Counted from the first letter of the stretch, positions 1 through 12,743 are shown. The stretch: DNA of 62,103 nt from Gnetum montanum (GCA_015680685.1 MNCI01002485.1:590346-652448), one strand, 5' to 3'. Translations and numbers: made by a program. The notes: a model not told the origin generated them from the letters alone.

Positions 1-350
1 TGAAGGTGGAAGCCCAAAGGGACCAGCAGCTCCCTTGGCCGGGCAAAACCGTAGGGTCCTAGGGTCTCGCTGTGGGGGCGCACTCCAGGGGGGACCCCAC
101 GAGGGCCAGAGGACGACGGGTGCTGCCCCCCCTCTGCCCCCCGCCATAGGGCAAGAATTAAACCAGAATGGCTGCCGCGTCACTTGAGCAGGAGGGCCTC
201 CAGAAAAAAGCGAGGGAGGTTGACCTAGCGACCCAACTTAAGACAGCACAAAAAAGTGAAGTGTAGGCCTTGGAGCTTGGAACCGTTGCCAGATTGGACA
301 AAAAATCTGTCCACCAGATCTGCTCCCTGGGCCCAAAGGCGGGGCAGGGA
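1..350 (-). mobile_element. Fragment of the extended-ORF2 L1-type LINE family (5'-truncated near 350, runs off the left edge)
   Basis: Minus-strand translation from 350: SLPRLWAQGADLVDRFFVQSGNGSKLQGLHFTFLCCLKLGR*VNLPRFFLEALLLK*RGSHSGLILALWR. This aligns with ALPRFW*KAVDFMDHYFFQFGNVSKLQGVHFTSLKCLKFGQQVNLPRFFMDTL...HLRLIIALWK of the LINE at 16513-22849. Confidence 0.85.
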
Positions 351-369
351 AGTTCATTCATCTCCAATG

Positions 370-2075
370 TCATTTTGGTTTGCAACTTGAATTGGTGTAG
401 CTTCCATACTCAATGAGGGTTTGATGAAACTCCTTTTGGTCAATTTGAGGGATCAGTTATATTGGGTATTGGAAATTATTGTTGTTTGAGGTACCCATTA
501 GCTTTGAATAGCTAGGGTTTGTAAGAATTGTGAGAATTACATTTTAGGTTTTCATATCTTGAGTTGAATCTATTTGGGTATTCCAAAATTAGTTTTGGAT
601 GTTTGTGTTTGGTACTCATAACTTAAAAAGGGGTTTTCGGTATTTGTGTTTTGTGCTCATAGCTTAAAGAAGAGTTGTGGATCTTGTAATTTTTGTGTTT
701 CTTGGAATTGTGTTGTAATTCCAACTATGGCATCTAAGCCTCTATGTAAAGGAGATTAGGAAAGATATGGAGGAAATGAAGGCTAATGTGTTGAGTCTTT
801 TGAAAAGAATTGAGAGCCTATCTTCTAGCCACAAGGAAGGAAAGAAGATGAAGGGTCTGATGAAGTAGAGGTCAATGAGAAGAAGAATTCTCAAGCATCT
901 CTTATTGGGCAAGGGAGTGCTCAATACTCAAAGGTTTCAAGGAAGGAAACCAAGGGCTTCATCAAAGGGACCAAGAGATCTTCAAAGTCCAAGATGTTGT
1001 ATGCTGCGGATCAACGAGAGTTCCTACCTCATGAGTCATGGTGAAGGATCAAAGCCAAAGGAGAAGCCAAGATCAAGGAACTTCTTTAAGAAAGGTCAAG
1101 GGCATCACTAGAAGATATGATACTCATTCTTTTGCAATTATTCTATACCTTATGGCAAGGGAAACGACATTCTAAGCCAAGTTGAGGCTATCTCATGGAA
1201 GATAGATGAGTCTTTTGGCCAAGGTATGTGGAAGAATAGTTTCTTTGATGTGAATTTTGATGAATCTTTTATTGATACCACAAAGAGTTTACCTTTTGAG
1301 TTGGAACCTCCAAAGTGGGATGAAGAGCTTGTTGATGATTCCTTTGAAGGGGAGGATCCATTAAAATTGTGAAGTCCTATTTGGGATCTTAAACCTTCAA
1401 GCTTTGATGAGATTGGACAGCCACATGTTGAAGATCAAGCTGAACAAAAGATGGATGGGAGAAGCCATGAAGAGGTAAGTGTGAGATTTACCTAGTTAAT
1501 GGTAGTAATGTCTCTCATGCTGAAGCTAGTATATGGGTTGATGGTTTTTCACTTCAGCTTGATAGTGGTTTGTTCAATTGTAATGATGTGCATCATGATC
1601 ATTGTGGTTATTGTGATGAATTTATGAGTCATGTTGTATGTGATGAAAGCAATGTGATTTTTGATGCCATTATTAGTAAGAGAAAAGCTAATGGTGGTAA
1701 TGAATTTGAATTTTAATGGGATAATGGTAGCTAAGGTGCTAGTCATGGTGGAAAGGTCATTATTGATACTAGTGAAGGCATTGATAATGATATGATTTTC
1801 CAGAATTTGGATATGTTTGCTATTGATTATAGCAATGATAAATTTGTGAAATGTGTTGATGAATCTAATTATCTTGGCTGTAAAATGAATGAGTAGCATG
1901 AAGGAAATCTTGGTGGTTGTGATGATAATGATGGAAGGGAGCTAAATGGTAGACTTCCAAACAACAACAACAAGAAGGTGAAGAAGAGGAAAAAGAATGG
2001 AAGAAGGGAAGTTGGTTTGAGGAAACCTAACCCTTTTGAATTTTCTTACTCTTCTTTTGTTGCATGTCATGGGAG
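370..2075 (+). other. Unassigned decayed, purine- and GAT-rich sequence, probably a TE remnant
   Basis: Broken plus-strand frames (e.g. LYVKEIRKDMEEMKANVLSLLKRIESL near 740-830) followed by D/E-rich low-complexity coding-like sequence; no recognisable domain or termini. Confidence 0.3.
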
Positions 2076-2084
2076 AGATCCTGT

Positions 2085-2740
2085 TTAGCTCCTTCGTTGG
2101 AAAGACGTGTAAGTGCCAATTTTGAAGTAAATTCTCTCTTCAAGGATCAGTTCTCCATATGTTTTGTCTTCTTTGCCATATGCCCTTTTTAACCATACTT
2201 TTCTTGCATCAGCATTGGAGCAAGTGGACAGATGAGCAACTTTGGGCCCTATATTTGGAAGATTCAAAACTTCTGCAATGGCCTTCATGGAGAAATCAAC
2301 TGAAATTCCACCAATGTTGGTAGTGGTGCCTTCCTCTTTATTATGCCAAAATTGATAAATTTCCCCAAATACCATTCTCCACTTTCCAAGAAGTCAGGCC
2401 ATAGTGGAGATCCCTTGTGTTGATCTTTGACCGATTCATAGGCGAATTCGGTAAAAGGTCCAAAATTAAGTTCCACGATCACTGCAGTGGATGTAGACCT
2501 TTCTCAAATGGCCTGAACGCATTATGGGGACAACGTGAGATGTTGTCCTTGTTTAGGTGCCCTACCTTCTCCACCTTCTACTTGACCGAATTGTGCAGTA
2601 ACAGGGGTTTCTTGATAGATGCTAAACAATTGTGCCTCCTGTTCTGCATGTTCTGCGGGAGGTCCTTGGCCTTTGCCTCTCCTTGGGCATTTGGCTACAC
2701 CTTGAGAGGGTCCTCCCTGTTGTCCTCGTTTAGGGGCCAT
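2085..2740 (-). pseudogene. Decayed extra (env-like / Transposase_32-like) ORF of copy A
   Basis: Starts MAPKRGQQGG at 2740; broken frames continue ...GSPLWPDFLESG / EIYQFWHN...NIGGISVDFSMKAIAEVLNLPNIG, the pattern of Athila-type 3' extra ORFs. Family assignment is by eye. Confidence 0.6.
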
Positions 2741-4760
2741 TTGTAATCACACCGAGATCAATTGTTAATAAGGTCATTTAACAAAGTTTAATTATCTCAT
2801 ACCTTACTCATTGCCTTTAATAAATGTTGAATTCTTGCCTAGTGTGATTTCAAAGTTCCAAATTTTTCTGAAAAGTTCCCCTAAAAGTTTTAATGTCAGG
2901 CCTGATTTGCTCAAGTGACTTCAACAATAATTTAAATGAGTTGGGTGAAGGAAGAAAATTATTTTGGCATGAGTTTTTAACATTTTTCAATAGAACTTAC
3001 CCCTATGATATCTTTCGGGCGATAGAAATTTCAAAAAAGCTATGTGCAAATTCTACCATACCCCTCCCCCACAACTGAGTTAAACACTATGGGTTTAAGT
3101 AGGTTTGATCGAAAGGGAAATTGGAGCATTAACGAGCAAGATATTAACGATTGAATGTTAGACTCTCAAAGCGTGAAAAATCGTGGAAGAAAATTGCAAC
3201 AACTCGCCTCACATCAACAGTTAAAAATGACTTCTACACACGCAAGGGGGACCCATATATATAGGTTTTGTGGACATGATATCGCGTACACGATAGCATG
3301 GACCCAATATTGCATCAGACCCGATACCGGGTACCCGATATCGTGTCCTATCCAAAATAGGGTACTTAGTAAAATTGATGAATTTTCAAGTTTTCACAGC
3401 CAAAAATGAAGGATTTGAGGTAGATTTGAAAGGTCTGGGGTAATGTCAAGTGGACATTAAGGCACCGAAAGTGTAATGAAGTGGAATTATATAATGAAGC
3501 TCTTTAAATATGGTGAAGAAAAAGGACATGTAGTGGTGCAAAGGAACATTTGGTTGAAATAATGACAAAGGAAATAATAGATTTAGCAATGCAGTACTCA
3601 GAGGGTATAAAATGATGTGGCAGTGTGCAACAAGTACAAATTAAAAAAGTCACACAAGTGGGTCCTCCCCAAAGTAGGTTCCAACCTATCATGCCCTTGC
3701 GTAACCACGCCTTAAAATGTTCGTAGGCACTAAAAGAGTTAAATGCAATCCACACTTGTGCAACAAAACACACATATGATAAGTACCACCATGATGAGGT
3801 ATGAATTCTGTCACACAAAACACAAGTTAGAAATACTTGGACCGTGAGATGAGATGAATTGCAGAAGGGATTGCAGAAATCAGGACATGAGGTAACTTAC
3901 CCTGGGCACAATGAATCCTAAGTGTGGTGCGTGATTAAAGTACTATTAGCCTTTCACTCCAAGATCAAAACCAAGTCCATTCCTCTGATTAGTGACATCG
4001 CATTGTTTCATCCTGATGATAGACAACCATAAAAGCATCATGACAGCAAGGCATACGATCACTTGGCATTTTGCCCAAGGGAGGATTGATTCAAATTTCT
4101 CTGTGGCACGTTCTTCTTGATTTTTTCTTTTCTACTTTTTTTCTTTCTTTTCTCTTTTTTTTTTTAGCCACTTTTTGCACTTTGTCTTTTCAACAGGAAT
4201 CTGAAGAAGCTACCAACCTTCAAGCATAGGTGCATGTCTTTCTAGTGGGACCTCCTAGAACAGCATTGAGTTCATTTATTGAGTGCCTTTATCACAACTC
4301 TTACTCCCATTTTTCGTTAGATTTACAAGGATCTTAGTACAACCAAGTTATATGATAGCCCATACAGATGTCACCAAACAGAATCCACAAGTCCCCTTGA
4401 TGTCACACACTTTCCATTCCCTCTTAGTTCGTCACTCTTTGCTCTGGCCATAATGAGTACAAGGTTACTTTAAGTTTTAATGATAACAAGAATATCATCG
4501 TACCCATAGTAGAACCTCTTATTAATAGAATGGGTGGTTGGATGTTGTGGACTCACTGTCCAAATAATTAGTCCCTTGTGACTCGATAGCATAGAACAAC
4601 ACCTCAAGCGACAAGTCACATGAGTATTTTATTTGCAAATGAGATCACCCTCAAAAAGATAAAACAACCAATTGAAAGATGAAAAATTAGAAAACAAAGA
4701 ATTGGAAAACAAAAAATTGTAAAACCAAAGAAAAGGAAAAACATTTACTAATTTTGCTTG

Positions 4761-7107
4761 TTAAAATGGGGGGTATCCCCCATGACTAAACCTTGGATCA
4801 TGGCAAGAATTAATAAATGGAAAGTTTGGATCCATGCATGTTGGAAATATTGGGATCCGATCATATCTAAACCATTGGGTGTCTTTTGGTGTGGTGGCAA
4901 GGATGTACCCAAATTGGGGTTCACACACTTGATTAAAGTAGGCATAGTGGGGCAAATTATAAGATGTGGTCATGTGATAAAAAGTTGACCCACTATGGCA
5001 TCCATGACCATAAGACAGTGTGCAAGAATCGATGTCTTCTCATGGTGTTATATTCATTGGTCCACATGGTGGTTGGAGTGTCGATTGGTGGCCTAGATAA
5101 GGTAACAAGAGGTGTTGAGTTTGAAAAGGAAGGTGCATCACTATGTTGGGCTTGTGCTGAGTTGGAGGATGCAGTGGTTTCAAAATCATGTTGTCTCTTC
5201 CTATGGCCATGCCTAAAGAAAGGACGCTTTTGACATTGTGGAGAACTCCCACTACTATTGATAGTAGCAGCACAATTAATGTTCGTTGGTTGGTGCTGTA
5301 GTGCAAAACTTTCTGGTACTACTAGTGGCAATGTAGAAGGAGGTGACAAATGAGAATATTGAGAGCAAGGAGAATTGTAAGGAACATGAGGTGGTGATCC
5401 TATGGGAGAGGACATGGGTTGATAGTATTCGGGAGAATGATAACAATGAGGTGAAGCAAAGGATGTTGATCCAATTGGAGAAACAAGATGTTGAACATAA
5501 TAAGCACATGGTGTCGGGGCATACGAGGGTTGAGGCCAATTTGGCGATGGTCTCCCCCACGACTAGGGGTTTTGCCACTACAGTTAAACATAGTACTTCA
5601 GTACAAAATCCGAATGTAGCATTCTTTCCCAATGCTCATGTAGATGTGACAAGATTGGGCATTGACCTTTGGGGTGATTGTACAGGCAAACATCACATTG
5701 ATACTTCTGATTTGTAGTTGGGCCCCTATCCTTATTTCCTTCAACCCTTCTTTCTGATTGTCGAATGGTGTTCTATCTTGTTTCTCAGTTTGGCATCCTC
5801 TGTTTGTTCTAGTTGTCAGAGTGTTCCTGCATGGTTTTACCTCTAATAATATTTGCACATTCTCTGCATTTTTCATGTACCCATTCCGTCAGCTTATTGA
5901 TCTTTACCTCGATTTCATCTAGTGATTTTAGTATTGGCAAAGATGGGGATGGTTCCACCTCCTTGAGGTGAGTTGATTTCTCCTCTTCATGATTATGGAC
6001 CTTTGTTACTGTAAGAGTTTGGTCCAGTTGAGATTTTTCAAAATTCTCCCATTTGGCTATTTCTCCCTCTTCTTTTGCTACCCGCTTAATAAGCTCTTGG
6101 AATTGGTGGGTTCATAGTTCATATAGTTGACCTGGGGCATACATCCCTAGGGTCTCCCTTGTTTCATTACAAAACCCATCCATGATGTGACACATTAGCC
6201 TTTCCTTGGAGAACCCATGGCCTAGGCATTTGTTTAACAACGAACAATATCTTTCTAAGGCCATGTCCAAGGGTTCATGTTTCCCTTGTTTCCACTCTTG
6301 GATTTGTCTCCTCAAGGCTGACACTCTTGCACAGGTTTGATATCTTTCATTGAAGAGTTCCACCATTGTCGGCCAACGGCAAATTGATTTCAGATTTAAA
6401 GACCTACACCATACTTTTGCTTGGCCAACGAGTGTCATAGGAAAGAGCTAAGTCTTTGCCACCCATTCTCAATGTTGTTCCATGCACAAGCATCATAGAA
6501 GGCTTGTAAATGGTGTTGCGGATCTAAATCATAGCCTCCTAAGAACTTGGGAAAGTTGTTTAAATCAAGCTTGGGTAGACGGCTTTCCTTACAATGCTTG
6601 TGGGATATTTGAATAGCCTCTATCATATGCATTAGGCTTTAGTGGCCAGTAGTGGTTCATTGTCACTATGTAGTTTGTGAGTTTGTGAGTTGGGACGATG
6701 TTGTCTTTGTTCATGTTGGCATTCTTGACTTTGCCCGTGGGTTCGATTTTTATTTCTACACTAACCCCTTGAGAAATAGTCATCTGTGTCACAACCTGAT
6801 GTTGAAAGAGCAGAGGAAGAGAGAGAACTAGAAGACTCGTCATGACTTTTGTAAGTCTCCCAATCATCCCTTGATGTACTCTTGCTAACCATTGAGAAGA
6901 TCCTAGGCCTTACAGGCCCCCTCGTTCTATGGGATGTCCCATCCTCACCAGAGGTGTCTGAGTTGGATGACAAAAGTCCTTGAGTATCATTGGGGTATCC
7001 ATGAACATATGAAACTCCTGCATAAGATTGAGGACCCCAAACTTCTTCATCGTCATAAATTGTGTTGGTTCTCCAATGAATTGCCTTGCTAGATGTTGCG
7101 TTATCAT
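4761..7107 (-). pseudogene. Decayed gag of copy A
   Basis: LNNFPKFLGGYDLDPQHHLQAFYDAC...LVGQAKVWCRSLNLKSICRWPTMVELFNERY...WKQGKHEPLDMALERY (Retrotrans_gag pattern); homologous to 33667-34690. Confidence 0.8.
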
Positions 7108-7239
7108 TACCCTGTGAGAGAGATTGTCATGAATTGTGTGTGACTCAATTGAATTTAATTTCTTTTGTCTGAAAGATATATCATTAATACCATGTTACAA
7201 CGATCTTATATGATATAACTGATCTAGATAACTAGCACT

Positions 7240-7259
7240 GTCCTCGGCAACAATGCCAA
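7240..7259 (-). promoter_or_regulatory. Primer-binding site (tRNA-Asp type, decayed)
   Basis: Minus strand TTGGCATTGTTGCCGAGGAC directly after the LTR end; consensus is TGGCGCCGTTGCCGGG. Confidence 0.75.
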
Positions 7260-8098
7260 TGATGAGCGCCAAGGTACCCCTACACTCAACTATACAAATA
7301 CGAGCGTGTACGTGTGATTCAGTCGAACTCCACGAACGAACTAGTTGTGGCACCTAGACAATTATACGTTGATCACAATTCATTGTCTTCCCAGCTAAAC
7401 TAGTATTTGCTTTGTCACGTATGGTTTAGTCCAGAGTGAGGTGTATGATGTCATTTCTAATACTAGGCTACTCCTAAAGACAATAAGAAATAACTTTACT
7501 AGGCTAGTAAGCAACAGAAAATAAAATCTAAGCTAGCCTAAGTGCGATGAGCATCCATCCGTATGCATCTTGGACTTCGTGTACTACTTCTAGGATTACC
7601 AAGCACACATTACTCGAAGCACTACTAGATACGCTACTAGGTTCCCACGTAGTTACACTTAAATGTTTGTGATTAAGACGTACTCATTCCGCATTTAACA
7701 ATAGAAATAGTAAATGACGATAAAAGAAATATTAACTAAGAAAACAACAATAAATAATAATTAACAATTAAAAACAAAGTGAATGCTGCAATGATGAAGT
7801 AATCTCAATCTTTATTGCTGATTATGTGCATGTCCAAGTACATCACACTCAAACAAAGGCTCTATACAATTAAAAGCATCACACTGCAGGAATGCACTTT
7901 GGGAAAAGAACTGAAAATTAACTAAAAACTGACAAAGAGACTTGACCCTAAAGACTTATCGAAAAGACTCCCTCACTATGCACCTAAATGCTATATTTAT
8001 AGGCTGTTACAGGAATCACAATATTGTATCCAAGCTGCGATATCACATACCCAATATCGCGTACCCAATATCGGGGCTTGGCAAACCACGATTCATCA
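7260..8098 (-). repeat. 5' LTR of copy A
   Basis: TGATGAG start and TCATCA end on plus; shares GGTACCCCTACACTCAAC-like sequence with the LTRs at 29298, 35725, 59050 and (inverted) 56940; minus-strand TATA at about 7992-8003. Confidence 0.85.
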
Positions 8099-8701
8099 CA
8101 ACATATCAATATTGATGAGGCATCATTATATTCCTCTATAGTATAATTCTTCTAATGTATCATATGGGTTATATGGCTTGCAGTGTATCTATAGTCAAAC
8201 TAATTCAAGTTCCAACACCCTTCTATTTTACTAAGTGGTTCTAACTGTAAATTTGAGTTGTATGTCCTTCTCTGAGCACAACACCTTAGTCTGATAGAAA
8301 TTCTTCATGCCCCCAAGGGATCTAGTTGTTTCATTGCCTACTCTTTAGGGATTGATATCCTACCATTGTGCAAAGTGCATGTTAGCTGTTGTTTGAATGT
8401 TGCTATTTTGTTTGAAGTTGTTGATGCTTAAGAGTTCTTTTTCTAAATTGATTTTGCCTTCTAGATTCTTCTTTATGATTTCAAAGTTGTCCTTCTCATC
8501 CTTATTTCCCTTTGTTAAAAATGAGTGAAGTTCATTCGCATTTGATCCTTTGAATCCATCATCATCATCAACCACTTTGGAATGATAATTCATGTCTAAA
8601 TTTCGAATTCCTCTTAATTATGTTACTACAATTTATATTTCTCTTTCAATTGGTTAGGCTTAAATTTTTATTATGTTACCATTATTTTGATTTGTCATCA
8701 T

Positions 8702-11700
8702 CTTTTTTTCAGAGAAATTTGGGATATATTAATTGTGAACAAAATTTACATAAAACCCCCAACACTTAGGACGTTGTAAAATCCCAAGCTAGGGTCCATC
8801 TACCCCCGCCCCACCACCCCCCCAACCCCCCAAATTGCAGCAAGCGATCATTCACGCAAGCCTAGGTCAGCCCCATCCAACATGCCATAAACAAAACTAC
8901 AAAAAGACAAAAGACAAGGAACCCTTCCCCCAAAACCCCTGCAACCCACCATTTAAAGGTGATATGGCAATTGGGTCAAAGGACAAACATTCCACTCTTG
9001 CCCGTGAATAATATCCAGAAGAGCCATATGCTATTCTATGTCCACAAAGGTCACAACCTACTGGAAGTTCATAAAGGCTTCCACCTTCTGTGCATGCATC
9101 ATCGCATCCCCTTTGCCATTGGGGTGAAATTCCTTCCTCTATCTTTGGATGTGCCTCCTCAAGGCTGACCATGGTGCATTCCAGCCAATGTCCAATATGA
9201 CATAAGGGCACCGTCCCTGGCACAGCCAGGCCCTTGCCCCATCAGCATGTGCCCAATCCAGCTGCTACTGGATCTAGGCCACCTCATACTCCTACTCACA
9301 CTGTGCCTAAGCCTCTTGCTCCTAAACCTCCTAGAAATGGACCTCCTCCTTCAACTCTTCCCTAATACACTCCCGAAGGTCCACCTCCATCTTTTGCAAC
9401 GCTATCGCCTCCACCAGATCTTGACAAATATGTTCTTCTTTGAGGGCCTCCTTGATGGTGTTAGCCTACCACTGCTCCTGCTCCCTCTGGAACTCTTCCT
9501 CCGCCACCACCTAGACTCCCATAGTGCCCATTCTACCGCCTAACCTAGGCCACCGCGTTGGCCATTGAAACCCCCAATGGCAAGACCCAACCCCCACCCC
9601 CCAAGTCTGCCTAACCCTCCTTAGGCGCTACAACAGCCCTACCCCTTAGTCCTATTCTGGGGGGTGAGAAGGCCCACCCCCTAAAGCAACCCCCAACCTC
9701 CCCTCTGGCATCCGCTTCAACTCACCCCTCGACTCCCCCTCTGAAGATCGACTCTGCCCACCCTCCTACTCAATTGACTCCTCTAACTCTAAGGAGACTT
9801 CCACCACCACTGATGGAACACACCATGTCCTTCGGCCATTAACAGCCCAGACCATGGAGCCACCCCACCACATGTTGGCATCTCCCCACCGCCCTCCATA
9901 GAGCCAAAATCAACCCAGAATGGGTACCCCTCCACTGCCTACGCAGCACAGTAATGAAAAACCAAGGCAAGTTCCCATGCACCCCATACATAGGCACCAC
10001 ATGAGGGTAAAATGCATCCCCACCAACTTCCATGTGTTCCCTAAATGCACAAAAGAATCAATAAACCATGATTGCCACATTGGCTCAAGAGTCGACTTCA
10101 ACACTTGTCCACTACCAATCTTCAAGATGGCCTAGGGAAGAACTCCTGCACCTCCTGTAGCAAGAGGGATCTCCTCCCCCGACATTGGCACCTATAGATA
10201 CCTCACCATGGCCTCCTCTGTAAGCTTAATGCAAACACCGTATGGTCCCCTACCCAATTGGTGAAGAACTCATTATCTTCCAGCGAAGGATCACCCGTTA
10301 GCCGAGGCAACAACTCCACCCACCCAACCCTCATGACCAGGTGCCACAGCATCAGATTTTCCCAGTATTCATTGCACGGCAGCTCGAATGTGGGTCTAAC
10401 CCCATTGCCAGTTGAGCCTCTTTCCACAGACGTATACCCATCGCCACAACCTACATAGCCTCCAACAACACCACTCCATGAAAAATTAGAAAGTTGCAAG
10501 CCCGCCACAAAGACCACAGAATAGTAGAAGCACGAGAGTTCTTGTCCAACTGAGTCCCCAGCAGTAAATTAGCAACCCACCACACCCGACAAGTATAAAG
10601 GCAATCTCAGGCAAAGTGCATCACTGTGTCCACCCCCACCACGCAAAGTGGACATGTGTCATCCACCCCCAGACCCTGCCGCCATAATTCCCAATGCACC
10701 AGAATAGTTGCATGATGTGACAACCAAATAAACATAATTTTTTCAGGCAAACACCCTTTCCACACGTGCCTCCACCCTCGAATCGTGGGATATTTATTTT
10801 GTATCAACTACTTAGGTGATATAGTTAATAAATCTTCCTATGCAACCACCTACATGTGCACACATAAAGCCCTCCAAATTTTTGAAACATTCCCCTCATC
10901 TACCCAAGGTTGATACTTTCACCACATAAGCACAACCCATTGGGTTGGAGGAGAACCAGACTACAACAGCCTATTAACAAGGGCCTAATGCACCATAGCC
11001 AAAATGTCCCTGAATTGCATAATCCCAAGCCCCCCTACCTACTTTAGTTAGGCAACAATATCCCAACCAACCAGATACATCCAGCTACCCCCTTTACCCC
11101 TTGACCATGTGAAATCCCTCATGAGCCAATCCACGTGCTCAATGATGTCAATTAGGGGAAGGCTGCCACAGCAATGTACCACGCAATGGCAAATAACACC
11201 AAACTAGACCACAACGCCCTACCAGCCCAAGATAGAAATCAGTTCGTCCAATGCCCCACCCGCTACTGAATACACCTAATCAGTCCCCCCCTACAACCCC
11301 TCCCCCGCCCCTCGCCCCCCTTCCTCCCCACCCCCCAACAAGCCAAATACTCTTCGCTTGTGCCAATCATACAATGGAAGTCCCAAATAACTATCATCTG
11401 AAGATCTAGGCAAGATCCCAAGCATCTAAATAATCTAATTCTGAACAACAAAACCTGTATTTAGCAGGTGAACAGCAAACTTACCTTGGTTAATGTCAAG
11501 CCCGAATTCCTCCCCCATGCACTGAAGAGCCCTATTAATTGCATGTGCCTGCGATACCACCACCCATGAGAACAAAATGGTGGCATCCGCATAGTGTTCC
11601 ACCAGACATTGAACTCCCCCAACCTCAAGCCCTCTAACCCCCTCACTCATGCAAAAAGCATGCATAGCATCCATCACCAAAATGAAGAGGTACGACAACA

Positions 11701-11780
11701 AGGGATCCCCCTAATGCAACCCCCTCCTAGTAGAAGCAAACCCCAAAGCCTCCCCTCCAAATCTAGCTAAAAGGCCCCAT
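8702..11780 (-). mobile_element. 5'-truncated L1-type LINE of the extended-ORF2 family
   Basis: RT motifs LSYLFILVMD..EHYADATILF (11701-11435), zf-RVT CPLCVVGVDTVMHF (about 10650), then extension domain (10400-9890), E-rich coil (9520-9240), J-domain-like region (9210-9013), TAA at 8953-8955; short T-run at 8703-8709. No TSD found. Confidence 0.9.
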
Positions 11781-12122
11781 ACATCTAACAACCATAACTT
11801 TCACATGCATCATCAATGACTAACAACCATAACATCAGTACCAAAATTCATCTACTGCCTTAATCATCTAGTGTCAGAGCTTTCCTTGGTAACTGAATCG
11901 TCAGGAGAGTTATTGTTGTCGATTATCGATGTTAGAGGATTTCAGTTATAATGCTACCACAACTAAGGATAACTGACTATATTATCATTACAGTTAAACA
12001 AATATCATTTACGAAAATTTATACGTTAATTTGTTGTCATCTATATATGCATGCTGATTCTCTAATTAAGTATTGTTGTTAACTGATAATAACAGTACAC
12101 CAAATTTCAAAAAGTTTTTTAC

Positions 12123-12191
12123 CCGCTTGCCTGTCCGTTCCAAAGGACCACTAACTTCTCCTGTTCCATAAAAAGAAGTACCTTGTGGGAG
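12123..12191 (-). CDS. HGL1: GH31 alpha-glucosidase (heteroglycan glucosidase 1-like), coding exon
   Basis: 69-nt exon flanked by AG/GT encodes LPQGTSFYGTGEVSGPLERTGKR, the GTSFYGTGEVSGxLERTGKR motif of plant HGL1-type GH31 proteins. The next exon (VFTWNTDAWGY expected) was not found in the window. Confidence 0.9.
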
Positions 12192-12285
12192 CTGCAGTGT
12201 ACATGCAAAAAAGGATTTCATTAAAACATTCATTAGATTGATAGTATTTCTTTTACCATTGAAAGGGACGTAGAAAGCTTTTCAC

Positions 12286-12605
12286 CTCAATTGTGACCAC
12301 TTGCTGTCCTGCTACACATTCTGATGTTGGAATATATTGAGGGGCATTTTCAGTTGAAGCTTCATAAACTGAATCCCTATCCCTTTGATTTAAAAATGAA
12401 ATGCTTGGGAGTGCATTTTTCCTAGCTTCCACATCACGATCAAAACGATAGACACCTTCTTCAAAAATAGGTATAAAAGCCATTTTGTTTACAGAGTCCA
12501 TTACTTCGTATTGTTGATCTTTTTCAAACGTTTGTGAAGGTAATTCTCCACTTTTCAGAGACAAGCACCTTGTCCTGGACCTATTCGTATCGTATCTATC
12601 TTTTC
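12286..12605 (-). CDS. HGL1: GH31 alpha-glucosidase (HGL1-like), coding exon
   Basis: Encodes ...MAFIPIFEEGVYRFDRDVEARKNALPSISF...YIPTSECVAGQQVVTIE, then donor GAG|GTGAAA; the 94-nt intron 12192-12285 joins in frame to the next exon. The 5' boundary is uncertain (12605 or about 12581). Confidence 0.85.
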
Positions 12606-12743
12606 CTGTCACCAAATAATTCACATCAATGCCATGCTTGTCATGGTTATTTGATTAGTAAAAGAAAATATGGATACTGTCCATGACTGTGTATAATCAA
12701 ATAATCTATCTTTTCATGTTCAGCACCACGATTTAATCATTAC

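Larger units (their letters stand above)
2085..8098 (-). mobile_element. Athila-like (Ty3/gypsy, tRNA-Asp primed) non-autonomous LTR element, copy A; 3' end missing
   Basis: 5' LTR 7260-8098 (TGATGA..TCATCA), adjacent PBS, decayed gag, no protease/RT/integrase seen, extra MAPKR ORF at 2085-2740; no 3' LTR found. Confidence 0.8.

Noticed and set aside
383-8215. Short inverted similarity AACTTGAATT at about 384 and 8200 as possible element termini
   Set aside because: Only about 10 bp, no TSD; expected by chance.
11785-11833. CTAACAACCATAAC direct repeat at the LINE 5' junction as a TSD
   Set aside because: Both copies are on the same side; no match near 8700.
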